Of a stretch of DNA of 64,000 bases, positions 28,866 through 38,023 are shown piece after piece. The position numbers and the translations under genes are program-made. The notes below the pieces were generated by a model. The model ran no database searches and was not told the origin of the DNA. It saw only the letters and a program-made list of their open reading frames with translations. The stretch's first letter is position 1; each line of letters opens with the position of its first letter. Source of the DNA: Candidatus Obscuribacteraceae bacterium (GTDB lineage: Bacteria; Cyanobacteriota; Vampirovibrionia; Obscuribacterales; Obscuribacteraceae); the NCBI GenBank assembly GCA_044226015.1, contig JBGAHS010000002.1:32001-96000 (forward strand), written 5' to 3'.

Positions 28866-29909
28866 ATGCAAACACAAAAGGTTCTTGTAACCGGCGCAAG
28901 CGGGATGGTTGGCTATCACACGGTGAAAGGGCTGCTCAGCCAGGGGCATGAAGTCACAGCTCTGATTAGACCCTCGAGCAACGATAGTGAGCTAAAAAAT
29001 CTCAAAGGAAACCTGTGGATTAAGAGAGCGGAGCTCAATGATGAAAACGCGTTGCGTCTCGCGCTGAAAGACAGCGACATCGTAATTCATGCCGCAGGCA
29101 TGGTAGACCCACATGCGAAGCGCGAGCAAATCTTCGAAGTAAATGTTGAGTGCACAAAGACCCTTCTTTCTCTGGCTGACGCCGCCAATGTCAAGCATTT
29201 CATTCATATTAGCAGCCTCTCAGTAATCACGGGACAGGGCGATTTGCACGGCGCAAGCGAGGACATGCCGCTGGTATATTGCGGCGAATCTTACGCAGAC
29301 TCCAAAGTTGATGCAGAAAAAGCAGTAACCATGTTTTTCGGTCGTGGCAGTATGATGGTCAGCATTCTGCGACCGGGTTTCATTTATGGCCCCATGGAAA
29401 AAGCATGGATGCCGCGCCTCATCGAAAACTTGCGCACAAGAAAAGCGATGCTTATTGATGGCGGAATTAAGCAAACCAACGTTATTTACGTCGACAATCT
29501 ATTCTCCGCAATAAGCCTGTCAATGCTAAACCCCAAAGCGGATAAGCAAGTTTTCAATCTCACAGATGGTGAGATTGTGACAAAGAAGGAGCTTTTCGAT
29601 GCCATTTGTGATGGCATGGGTTTCAAAAGAATCAACAAAGAAGTTCCGGGTTGGCTCGCTAAGGCTGCCTGTGAGGTGGTTTCATGCATCGCCCCTTATC
29701 TTCCAGAAGATTCGAGAAAAGGACTTTCACGTTTTTCAAGAGCCGCATTCAGGCTGGCTGGCGTCAATCAAGGCTTCGACATCAGCAAAGCAGAACGCGT
29801 TCTCGGCTATACCCAACGAATTCCATTTGGTGAAGGTATGCGCGTGACAGTTGAGTACTTTAAGAAGAACACAGCCGCGAGCAATCGCGATAAAGCAGCT
29901 GTAAAATAA
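28866..29909 (+). CDS. Extended SDR, 3-beta-hydroxysteroid dehydrogenase/OleD-like NAD(P)-dependent reductase
   Basis: TGASGMVG, HAAG, ISSLSV, YADSK, LRPGFIYGP; ATG 28866 after AGGA. Confidence 0.88.
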   Translation: MQTQKVLVTGASGMVGYHTVKGLLSQGHEVTALIRPSSNDSELKNLKGNLWIKRAELNDENALRLALKDSDIVIHAAGMVDPHAKREQIFEVNVECTKTLLSLADAANVKHFIHISSLSVITGQGDLHGASEDMPLVYCGESYADSKVDAEKAVTMFFGRGSMMVSILRPGFIYGPMEKAWMPRLIENLRTRKAMLIDGGIKQTNVIYVDNLFSAISLSMLNPKADKQVFNLTDGEIVTKKELFDAICDGMGFKRINKEVPGWLAKAACEVVSCIAPYLPEDSRKGLSRFSRAAFRLAGVNQGFDISKAERVLGYTQRIPFGEGMRVTVEYFKKNTAASNRDKAAVK

Positions 29910-29940
29910 GCAGACCAAGAACTCACGCGGAGTTAAAAAG

Positions 29941-30243
29941 ATGTCGGTTCTTCAACCTGTCGCAGACTTTGTGGTCGATTACATCGGTCGCCACAAGCAT
30001 CCGGTTAACGCGTTCTTACACATCTTCGGCGTGCCCATGGTTTTCTATGGTGTCTACAAGCTCTTTTGTGGGGAAAGTGAGCTTGCAATGGCTTGGACTC
30101 TAATAGTGTTTGGCTATGTGCTTCAATATCTGGGTCACAAGGCACAAGGCAACGAAGTGGGCGAGGTCACCCTCATCAAGAAAATTTGGAAAAAACTGGC
30201 GAAGAAAAATTCCGGCATAGAAGAGAGCGGCGCAAATGAGTGA
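29941..30243 (+). CDS. Mpo1/DUF962-like small membrane protein
   Basis: YIGRHKHPVNAFLHIFGVP and LQYLGH motifs with two TM helices; GGAG RBS. Confidence 0.75.
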   Translation: MSVLQPVADFVVDYIGRHKHPVNAFLHIFGVPMVFYGVYKLFCGESELAMAWTLIVFGYVLQYLGHKAQGNEVGEVTLIKKIWKKLAKKNSGIEESGANE

Positions 30244-31159
30244 ACAAAATCAGATCATCGCAGTGGACGGAGCTAGTGGATATGTCGGCAGCCACCTTAT
30301 CCACGCTTTATGCAAAAGTGGTGTCCGTGTTAGAGCAATCGTCCATCCTAAAGCTAACCTTTCGGACTGCCAGTTTCTCTCGGAATGCGGCGCCGAGATT
30401 TACAAAACCGACATTGATGCCAATTCGCCAACTCTGATAGACGCACTGACGGGAGCAAGCACCGTCATACATTTAATTGGAAGCATCGCTCCGAAAAAAG
30501 GGCAGAAACTTGAAGAGCTTCATGCAGGCATAACGCAGCAACTCGTAAAAGCAGCACAAAGCACTAACACTAAGATTTTGATGATTACGGCACTGGGCAC
30601 ATCAGCTGACGCCCTCAGCCAATATCACAAGACAAAATGGCAAGCAGAAGAGCTTGTTCGCAAGAGCGGATTGCCCTACACAATTCTTCGACCATCACTG
30701 ATTTTAGGCAGACAGGTTGGAAGACGTGACAGCAAGTTGATGGCACGATATATCGAGCTGATCAAAACAAGACCTAAAGTACCTCTTCTTGGGGGAGGCA
30801 AAAATCTACTGCAGCCGGTTTTCATCGGTGACTTAAGCCGCGCAATTTCAAAGCTTGCATTGAGTCAGGAAATGACTGGAAAGACTCTAGAAATTGGCGG
30901 TGCCGAAGTTCTTTCAATGCAAGAACTGGTGAGCAAGCTGATGGATGCTATCGGCAAACGCAAGCCACTGCAGCCGGTGCCTCCTGCTTTAGCGAATATC
31001 TTAGCCAGCGTGTTGGAGCTGGTGCAATCAGTTCCGATGGTAAGCAAAGACCAGGTGAAACTATCAACGACTGACAATATTTGCAGTGACAACGCACTGG
31101 AAAATCAACTTGCCTTAACACCAACGCCATTGGCTAAGGCACTGGCTACTTACAGATAG
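30236..31159 (+). CDS. Atypical SDR, NDUFA9-like NAD(P)H-binding protein
   Basis: DGASGYVG, SQYHKTKWQAE, LRPSLI, LQPVFIGD; 8-nt overlap with upstream gene. Confidence 0.85.
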   Translation: MSEQNQIIAVDGASGYVGSHLIHALCKSGVRVRAIVHPKANLSDCQFLSECGAEIYKTDIDANSPTLIDALTGASTVIHLIGSIAPKKGQKLEELHAGITQQLVKAAQSTNTKILMITALGTSADALSQYHKTKWQAEELVRKSGLPYTILRPSLILGRQVGRRDSKLMARYIELIKTRPKVPLLGGGKNLLQPVFIGDLSRAISKLALSQEMTGKTLEIGGAEVLSMQELVSKLMDAIGKRKPLQPVPPALANILASVLELVQSVPMVSKDQVKLSTTDNICSDNALENQLALTPTPLAKALATYR

Positions 31160-31160
31160 A

Positions 31161-32174
31161 TTGGAGTCAATTGTGCCAGCAGTACTAGTAACAGGGGCAA
31201 GCGGATTTCTGGGAGCACGACTGTGCGAACGACTTCACGAAATGGGTGTAGAAGTCAAAACATTCGGGCGCCAGGCTGCGCAAACCGAGCGATTAAATCG
31301 TCTGGCAATACCGCATGTTCAGGGCGATATCTGCGATCTTGACTCATTCAAAAAAGCACTGGTTGACGTAGGCGCTGTTTTCCACCTTGCAGGACTGGTT
31401 TCTTATCGCCGATGCGACTATGACTTGCTCTATAAAATAAATGTTTTAGGGACACGCAATGTAATGAAAGCCTGCCTTGAAGCAAATGTTCAAAGAGTGA
31501 TCAACATGGGCTCAATTGCTGGTATGGGAATTCCTGAGCCAGGCAAGCTTGGAACCGAAGAAATTGAATATAACTTGAAGGGTCACGGGCTGCACTATTG
31601 CGATACCAAATTCGAAGCAGAGCAAGAAGCATTAAGGGTTGCAAAACAAGGACTGAATGTCCTGTCACTTAACCCTGGTATCACATTTGGTGAAGGAGAC
31701 ACGCACCCTCACCACCATACTATTTTCAGATCAATGCTGAGCGGGTGGTTCATAGGCTATCCCGCCGGTGGAGTTATGTTTTCTGACATTGAAGATGTAG
31801 TTTCTACCTGCATCGCTAGCCTCAGCAGAGGACAGGCCGGGCAGAGATATGTGATCGGAACTGCAAACCTTAGCTTTAAAGAGGCTGGCGATATGTTAGC
31901 GACAGTTCTGAATGGACGCAAACCAATTTTTCAAATACCAGGTTGGCTGGCTGAGTCAGCAGGTGTAGTTTGCGAAACTGTCTTTCCTTTGTTTAAAATG
32001 AAACCAGCACTGTCATGGCAGGTTGCCTGGCTCAGTCAGAGAAAAATCTTCTATAGCTCTGACAAAGCTATTGCTGAACTGGGCTTGAACCAAACGCCAT
32101 TCATCGAAACGTTACGAAGAACTGCGCCATACTACCTGGGACAAAATTCCCAAGTACTTAGCACAGCACATTGA
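31161..32174 (+). CDS. Extended SDR, dihydroflavonol reductase/HpnA-like
   Basis: TGASGFLG, FHLAG, NVLGT, YCDTK, LNPG, SSDKAIAELG. Confidence 0.88.
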   Translation: MESIVPAVLVTGASGFLGARLCERLHEMGVEVKTFGRQAAQTERLNRLAIPHVQGDICDLDSFKKALVDVGAVFHLAGLVSYRRCDYDLLYKINVLGTRNVMKACLEANVQRVINMGSIAGMGIPEPGKLGTEEIEYNLKGHGLHYCDTKFEAEQEALRVAKQGLNVLSLNPGITFGEGDTHPHHHTIFRSMLSGWFIGYPAGGVMFSDIEDVVSTCIASLSRGQAGQRYVIGTANLSFKEAGDMLATVLNGRKPIFQIPGWLAESAGVVCETVFPLFKMKPALSWQVAWLSQRKIFYSSDKAIAELGLNQTPFIETLRRTAPYYLGQNSQVLSTAH

Positions 32175-32201
32175 ACAGGAAGGCAAACAACAGGAACTAA
32201 C

Positions 32202-33107
32202 ATGCATAAATTGCTACAACATTTATTTCTTGTTGCCAGCTTACTCATCATCGCTGCAACTCCAGGTCTGGCACAAAACAAGGCCACGGAATTGTCGGTG
32301 GGACCAAACGCCAAACTAAAAACCCGTTTTAGCGTGCCGTTAAATTTGCCAACCCTGTTCAACTACAAAACACGGGCCGAAATTCTAGCGATGCGGAAAA
32401 GGGAAATCGACAAGATTCCAGGACTTTTGAAATCACCTTATGAGCCTTACACACCAATATGGAGTGCAATTGAAGACGGCAAACCCTGGTGGGGATTAGC
32501 CGGTGCTGGCATCTTCGACTCTGGAAAAAGGAGCATGACCGGCCCAGCGGAAGAATCACGCTTCGTCATGAATCCCTATCTATTGGTTGCGGCAAACCCA
32601 GGAGCTGGTGGTATTTGGAACCCCGCAGCATTTACGCCCAAGGAAATGAATGACCCGGCTTTTCCATTTTTCTGGCTGCCAGAATCATTGGAAATTGATC
32701 CGACGCGCCCACTTGGAGTAGTGAAATACGACATTACAAAATGGCACCAGGACTGCATCGCAACCGGAAAACTCCGAGGAAGAGTTTCCATAAAGCGCTT
32801 CAGCCTCGTTGCTTATAACGCCAGAGATTTTGGCTACAACTATATTTACTTCAACCCTGAAAAATCCATCAACGTAATCAATGACATACCTACTCACGAT
32901 GCGGCTTTCATAAAACAGTTCATTCACTGCGGTGGCACATGTGGATGCCCAACGTCATGTTGCAACAACATGAGTCCATTCATGGATGAAATCGATCGAC
33001 TCAGAATTACACGCCTGCCAGCAAGAGCTGTTGTCTATTTATGGAAAGAGAGTCCAGCTGATGTGCAAAAATCGCCCGACATGGTTTTCCTGATCGAGTT
33101 CCACTAA
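32202..33107 (+). CDS. Exported hypothetical protein with C-terminal cysteine cluster
   Basis: Sec signal; HCGGTCGCPTSCCNNMSP; AGGA RBS, 27 nt after the SDR stop. Confidence 0.75.
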   Translation: MHKLLQHLFLVASLLIIAATPGLAQNKATELSVGPNAKLKTRFSVPLNLPTLFNYKTRAEILAMRKREIDKIPGLLKSPYEPYTPIWSAIEDGKPWWGLAGAGIFDSGKRSMTGPAEESRFVMNPYLLVAANPGAGGIWNPAAFTPKEMNDPAFPFFWLPESLEIDPTRPLGVVKYDITKWHQDCIATGKLRGRVSIKRFSLVAYNARDFGYNYIYFNPEKSINVINDIPTHDAAFIKQFIHCGGTCGCPTSCCNNMSPFMDEIDRLRITRLPARAVVYLWKESPADVQKSPDMVFLIEFH

Positions 33108-33262
33108 GATGACACCAAATATGGTGCGCTATCATTCGGTTCGCTTACGCCGATAATTAGTTACGAATAGTTCTTTGCAATCATTAAAGCTTAGCTGGAA
33201 GTTTTGGCGCATATAGCCAACAGGTGAGACAATAGATATTCGGGGATATGCAGGCATGATGC

Positions 33263-34462
33263 ATGTTTTGCAAAGGCAAGCTGAAAAGTCATCAATATAT
33301 TAGAAGAGCTGAAGCAAGCTCTTTTCTTAGCGCCTTCTTGGCGATAGCGCTTGTATTGCAGGTGGTTTCGCTGCCAATGGCGTTAGCTGCCGACAAAGCG
33401 GGTAGTTCGCCCCTGGATACAGCCAGCGCTTCAGTCGACGGTACTGAGCCTGACAAGTCGATGCTGGGCGAAATACCAGCAACAGATTCCCCAAAAGCAA
33501 AAGACGGCATGGTCGAGCAATCCGGCGACAGCAGTCCTGACTCCCCAAATTCTGCAACAAGCTCATCAGGCGACTCTGAATCATCTGCAAAAGCAGATGC
33601 GAGAAAGAAAAAGAAGAAAGTAGAGTTCGCAGACGTTCTTCCGACTCTCACCTGGATTGACCCAGATGTCGAACCTAAGGCTATCCTTCTCTGCGTACAC
33701 GGGCTAGGGCTGCATAACGATGCCTATGATGCATTCGGCAAAACTATGGCCAAACATGGCTACCTGGTCTATGCGGTGGATGTGCCGGGCTTCGGCAGCT
33801 TCAAAGCTGCAGAGGGTCGCGAGAGAATCGATTTCGACTACTGCCTCCGTGGAATTGAGCACACCTTACATTTCGTTCACAAAGTAAACCCTAAGATGCC
33901 CGTCTTCATTCTTGGCGAATCGATGGGTGGCGCTATTGCATTACGGGTGACTTCACAGCATCCAGAGTTGGTTGCAGGACTGGTAAGCTCCGTTCCATCA
34001 GGAGACAGATTTAATCAAGGCAAAGAAACTTTCAGAGTCGGGCTAAAACTGCTCACAGCTCCGAACAAGGAGTTTGACATTGGATCGAGCGTAATCAGCA
34101 GAGCCACGAGCAAAGACGACCTCAAAGAGCGCTGGGAAAAAGATCCCTTAAATAGGATGGCGCTTACACCGAAGGAACTCGTAAGGTTTCAAGATTTCAT
34201 GAATGAGAATCATGAAAGTGCTAAAAGCATTACCAATACACCAGTTTTGTTTGTTCAAGGCTGCAAGGATACTCTTGTCCGCCCGGAAGGCACAATGGAG
34301 CTCTACAACCAAATTTCCAGTCCAGATAGAGAGCTGGAATTAATTCATGATGGCGAGCACCTAATTTTCGAAGAGAATCAGTTTAATGATGAGGTGATCA
34401 AGAAACTAGATAAATGGCTAACTAGCCATCTCACCACAAGCAAACAACTAGGCAGCAAATAA
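33263..34462 (+). CDS. Exported alpha/beta hydrolase (lysophospholipase/monoglyceride lipase-like)
   Basis: Signal peptide and Ser-rich linker; VHGLG, DVPGFG, GESMGG, QGCKD, GEHL. Confidence 0.88.
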   Translation: MFCKGKLKSHQYIRRAEASSFLSAFLAIALVLQVVSLPMALAADKAGSSPLDTASASVDGTEPDKSMLGEIPATDSPKAKDGMVEQSGDSSPDSPNSATSSSGDSESSAKADARKKKKKVEFADVLPTLTWIDPDVEPKAILLCVHGLGLHNDAYDAFGKTMAKHGYLVYAVDVPGFGSFKAAEGRERIDFDYCLRGIEHTLHFVHKVNPKMPVFILGESMGGAIALRVTSQHPELVAGLVSSVPSGDRFNQGKETFRVGLKLLTAPNKEFDIGSSVISRATSKDDLKERWEKDPLNRMALTPKELVRFQDFMNENHESAKSITNTPVLFVQGCKDTLVRPEGTMELYNQISSPDRELELIHDGEHLIFEENQFNDEVIKKLDKWLTSHLTTSKQLGSK

Positions 34463-34488
34463 AAGAGAAGAAACTCAAGGGGAGTAAA

Positions 34489-35247
34489 ATGAATTCCGAA
34501 AAACAGATGAAGCTCAAACGTGTGCTGGGAGCGTTGATTCTAACAGCCACTATTGGTGGGCCTCTCGCGTCGATTGCTGCTCCAGCTCCTACAACTCCGA
34601 TGACATTGGGCAAGGCAGCGCTGGTTCAGAAAAATTATGCAAAAGCAGTGACAATATACGAGCAGGCAGCGAAAACCGACCAATACAAAAACAGCTGCGA
34701 ATGCCGTCTTGGACTGGGCAAATCGCTATGCTTGTTGGGCACAGCACAAAAGGGTGAGCTTCAATCAGCCACCTACAAGAAGGCTGCAAAAGAATTGCGC
34801 ACCGCCATTAGACTTGGCAGAGGCGGCGCTAATTCGCTTGAAGCCAACAAGATTTTGCTTACACAGCTTCCAAAATCAGCAACTGCTCCAAAAATGGGCG
34901 CTGACACTCCGATGATCGCAATGGCGCACGGAATCAGAGGTAGAGACCGCGGAACAGGCGAGGCCAAGCCAAAAATTCTTGAGTTCACTGCTAAATGGTG
35001 TGAGCCATGCAAACAGTTGAAACCTATCATCGATAAGGCTAAAGCTGATTACGGCGATAAAGTCGAATTCATTACTTACGATATTGATGATCCGAAATCG
35101 GAAAAAATCATCGAAGATTACGAAGTAAGCCCAATTCCAACCCTCATTTTCCTTGATGGAAGCAACCAGGTGATAACTTACTCGGTTGGATATTCTGGAG
35201 AAAACGGATTGAAGGCTGGCATCAAGAAGATTGTGCCGCAATCTTAG
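34489..35247 (+). CDS. Exported TPR-like plus thioredoxin domain protein
   Basis: Signal peptide; helical repeat region; FTAKWCEPCK and cis-Pro loop IPTLIF. Confidence 0.88.
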   Translation: MNSEKQMKLKRVLGALILTATIGGPLASIAAPAPTTPMTLGKAALVQKNYAKAVTIYEQAAKTDQYKNSCECRLGLGKSLCLLGTAQKGELQSATYKKAAKELRTAIRLGRGGANSLEANKILLTQLPKSATAPKMGADTPMIAMAHGIRGRDRGTGEAKPKILEFTAKWCEPCKQLKPIIDKAKADYGDKVEFITYDIDDPKSEKIIEDYEVSPIPTLIFLDGSNQVITYSVGYSGENGLKAGIKKIVPQS

Positions 35248-35271
35248 TCCGAAACTAAAGACTCGATCCCG

Positions 35272-35307
35272 AAGCGAGAGCGCGAGCTCTCGCTTTTGCC
35301 CTTTTTG
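35272..35307 (+). terminator. Intrinsic terminator
   Basis: AAGCGAGAGC-GCGA-GCTCTCGCTT 10-bp stem with GNRA loop, then TTGCCCTTTTT. Confidence 0.75.
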
Positions 35308-35378
35308 AAGCGGAACTAATTCACAGATCTTGGCTTGTGATAAGCTTTGACCATTGTTTATTGTGCAGGTGACTATTA

Positions 35379-36383
35379 ATGCTGAACCAACGCCAAAACG
35401 CATTAGCATTGCTGATTTCATTTTTGTGTGCGACACCTTCGGCATGGTCGACTCCAGCGTTTGAACTCCCACCATGTCCAACGGAAGACAACAAAGAGAC
35501 TAAAAAGTTACCGGTAGTAAATTTTGAATCCGATCAACGACAAGAAACAACACCAGCTCTTGAGAAAACAGAAACAAAAGACAAGCGCTCTAACGCGCCA
35601 CTTAGCACACTGGATAAAGCGGCAAAAGCAAATTTGATGCCACTAGCTTTAATACCATCAAAAAACGAGGCTGAAAAAGCAGAACAGATTTCACTCGAAC
35701 GACACAAAGAACAACTAAAGAACCTGTGGTCCGCCACTATTGAGCAGTCACCTGACATACAATTTGTGATTTCAGCTCTTCAACCAAATAGCAACGCGAA
35801 ACACGCCACAGCGGCGGCAATGAATCTTGTAGGCAGTACCTTGTTCAATGTCGGCGGAGCCTTGGCGCCAAATGGACCAGCGAAGATTGGCGTAAACATG
35901 GTTGGACCAGGATTAATCAAGAAGCTGTTCAGCGAAAACAGTACAGCACAAGTTTCAGTCGGAGAGACACTCGTTTTATACAAAATGGTTCGCGATATCG
36001 CTGATAACCTTGTTGATTCTTATTGGAATTATCGAAGAGCTCTGGCCGAGCGAGATACTGCGCAGGTCGACCTCGACGACTTAAAAAGACTAGAAGAGCA
36101 ATTGATGGAAGGCTCCAGCAATTTAGAAATCAGCAAATATGAGTACCTGTTACATAAGGCTGAGAGAGAGCTTCGCTCTAAATCCGAAGCATTGGCAATA
36201 TACCAACAACATCTTGCTGATTTGTGCGGAGTAGAGGCCCTAGCAAAACTAAATACAGAGATTATCGAAGAGAAGCAAACATTGGTAGAACTCATCGGAA
36301 GACCGGACATCAAAGAGCCTTTGTCTGCACCGAAATCAGAATCAGCGTTTACTATAGATGCAAATCTGAGGAAGAAGAATTAG
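35379..36383 (+). CDS. Exported helical/coiled-coil hypothetical protein
   Basis: Signal peptide; long heptad-rich C-terminal half. Confidence 0.7.
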   Translation: MLNQRQNALALLISFLCATPSAWSTPAFELPPCPTEDNKETKKLPVVNFESDQRQETTPALEKTETKDKRSNAPLSTLDKAAKANLMPLALIPSKNEAEKAEQISLERHKEQLKNLWSATIEQSPDIQFVISALQPNSNAKHATAAAMNLVGSTLFNVGGALAPNGPAKIGVNMVGPGLIKKLFSENSTAQVSVGETLVLYKMVRDIADNLVDSYWNYRRALAERDTAQVDLDDLKRLEEQLMEGSSNLEISKYEYLLHKAERELRSKSEALAIYQQHLADLCGVEALAKLNTEIIEEKQTLVELIGRPDIKEPLSAPKSESAFTIDANLRKKN

Positions 36384-36801
36384 GCGAACGCTCTATAAAA
36401 GAAATGGAAAAGCCCGAAGGCGTTTTCCGATTTTCAGATTGTGCCCAAAACTCCTGCCCATTCTTTCGCCGCTGCCAACCTGCAGTTGCATATGACCCTC
36501 TGGTTGAGGCAGCGAGCAACTCATAAACAGCTCGACCATGCTTGAGGTCGTCAGCGCAATACACCAGAGCGATGTGTTTTCCGATGGCCTCTCCTGGCTC
36601 ATATCCAAAAATGCGCTCAGCGCCCTGCGTCCACACCGTTATGAACCCGCATTCGTCACATTCCAGGTTAGCCAACTCAGCGGCTCCAGCGCGAACAAAT
36701 TCTGTTGTCCGACGCTTCGAATCGGCAGTGCATGGAGCCAGCGCGGCAAGACGATCACGGTCGGTCTTGTGCTCACCACTGCGGTTATATGGCAATTTCA
36801 T
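36352..36801 (-). CDS. Stand-alone PAS domain protein
   Basis: GFITVWTQGAERIFGYEPGEAIGKH and WQRRKNGQEFWA are PAS/PAC signatures; no output domain. Confidence 0.75.
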   Translation of the reverse strand: MKLPYNRSGEHKTDRDRLAALAPCTADSKRRTTEFVRAGAAELANLECDECGFITVWTQGAERIFGYEPGEAIGKHIALVYCADDLKHGRAVYELLAASTRGSYATAGWQRRKNGQEFWAQSENRKTPSGFSISFIERSPNSSSSDLHL

Positions 36802-36933
36802 TGGGCTGATACCTTACGCCAAAACTAACTTATTATGCTGACGAACTATCTACAAAACATCCTATATATTTAGGTTGAAGAATCTGTGAAGAACAAACAT
36901 TTTTGTTTACATTGCAATTTAATCTTCGATTTT

Positions 36934-36961
36934 TGAACTATCTCAAGCAAAAAGACGTCTA
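36934..36961 (+). promoter_or_regulatory. Putative ECF sigma-factor promoter
   Basis: TGAACT-N16-CGTCTA upstream of a membrane protein gene. Confidence 0.4.
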
Positions 36962-37143
36962 TTAAGTATTCGACGCAGAAAAACCTTGAGATTTATCACC
37001 GACTGACCAGGCGGAGGCAGACCTTTGCCCTGCGCCAGCTACTTTTGCGCCAGGGTCAAAAAAAGTTCAGATACAAGCTAAAAGATACCAAGCAAAGCCC
37101 CTTTGCTGGCACCGTATTCAGTACCACCGGAGATTCAGCTCTG

Positions 37144-37995
37144 ATGCGCAAACTCATTACTTTTTGTGTTGTAACCCTATTGCTGAGTCTTGTAGCTTTA
37201 ATGCTCGATCATTCCATGAATTCACTTAGCACCTGGATAAAGCCCGCTAAATTTGCTCTATCCATTTTGCTCTACGCAGTCAGCCTCCAATTCATCCAGC
37301 GATTCATAAACAGCCAACACGCCATTCTTCCAACCGTAGTTCAAGCAAGCCTTGTAGGTGGATTTATTGAACTCATCAGTACGCTTACTCAATCTGTTTT
37401 GATAAGCAGTGGACTCTCAAACCAAGTGAGCGATGGCATACTTTTGATTGTCGGGCGACTCGCAATAATGCCACTGGCTTTGCTTGATCTTCTGATGCTG
37501 GTCCTTCTTATGAAAGAAGAGAATCTGCCCCCGTTGCTCGGAAGTGCATTGAAGTGGGGGCTTGTCTTAACTGCAGTTGGCTTCATACCCGGACTTCTTC
37601 TGATCGCGCCGGAACCAGTACAAGCGTGCTTGTCGAGCAACACATTTTGCTCAGGCGGAAATCTGCGAATTGCTCATTTCACAGGTATACATGCACTCCA
37701 AGTTCTTCCATTGCTGGCTATCTATTTAGAGCGCTTTGACGGCAAGTTGTCACAGAACGAGCAGCTAAACATTTTGAGAATATCTGGGTTTTCTTACTTT
37801 GCTCTGATTCAAATTTTGACCTGGCAGGCGTTGTGTGATGAGATGGTTCTTTTCCCAGGAACCCAAACAAAGCAAATTTTTGAAATCTGGTTGCTCGCCA
37901 CTTCCGTTGCTATCAGCTCAAGCATCTTGTGGTCAAAGCTTTTGAGCCGTTGTTGGAAACAAGTCACTAATGAAGGTTCGTGCTACATAGGTTAA
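37144..37995 (+). CDS. Polytopic membrane protein of unknown function
   Basis: Several TM helices; WIKPAKF and GGNLRIAHFTGIHALQ conserved-looking motifs. ORF open from 37045. Confidence 0.7.
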   Translation: MRKLITFCVVTLLLSLVALMLDHSMNSLSTWIKPAKFALSILLYAVSLQFIQRFINSQHAILPTVVQASLVGGFIELISTLTQSVLISSGLSNQVSDGILLIVGRLAIMPLALLDLLMLVLLMKEENLPPLLGSALKWGLVLTAVGFIPGLLLIAPEPVQACLSSNTFCSGGNLRIAHFTGIHALQVLPLLAIYLERFDGKLSQNEQLNILRISGFSYFALIQILTWQALCDEMVLFPGTQTKQIFEIWLLATSVAISSSILWSKLLSRCWKQVTNEGSCYIG

Positions 37996-38023
37996 ACTAT
38001 CACCTGAATACGAGGTGACAGAA

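Noticed and set aside
31161..32174. Hopanoid cluster (hpnA)
   Set aside because: Only family-level similarity; no shc, hpnB-H or squalene synthase genes nearby
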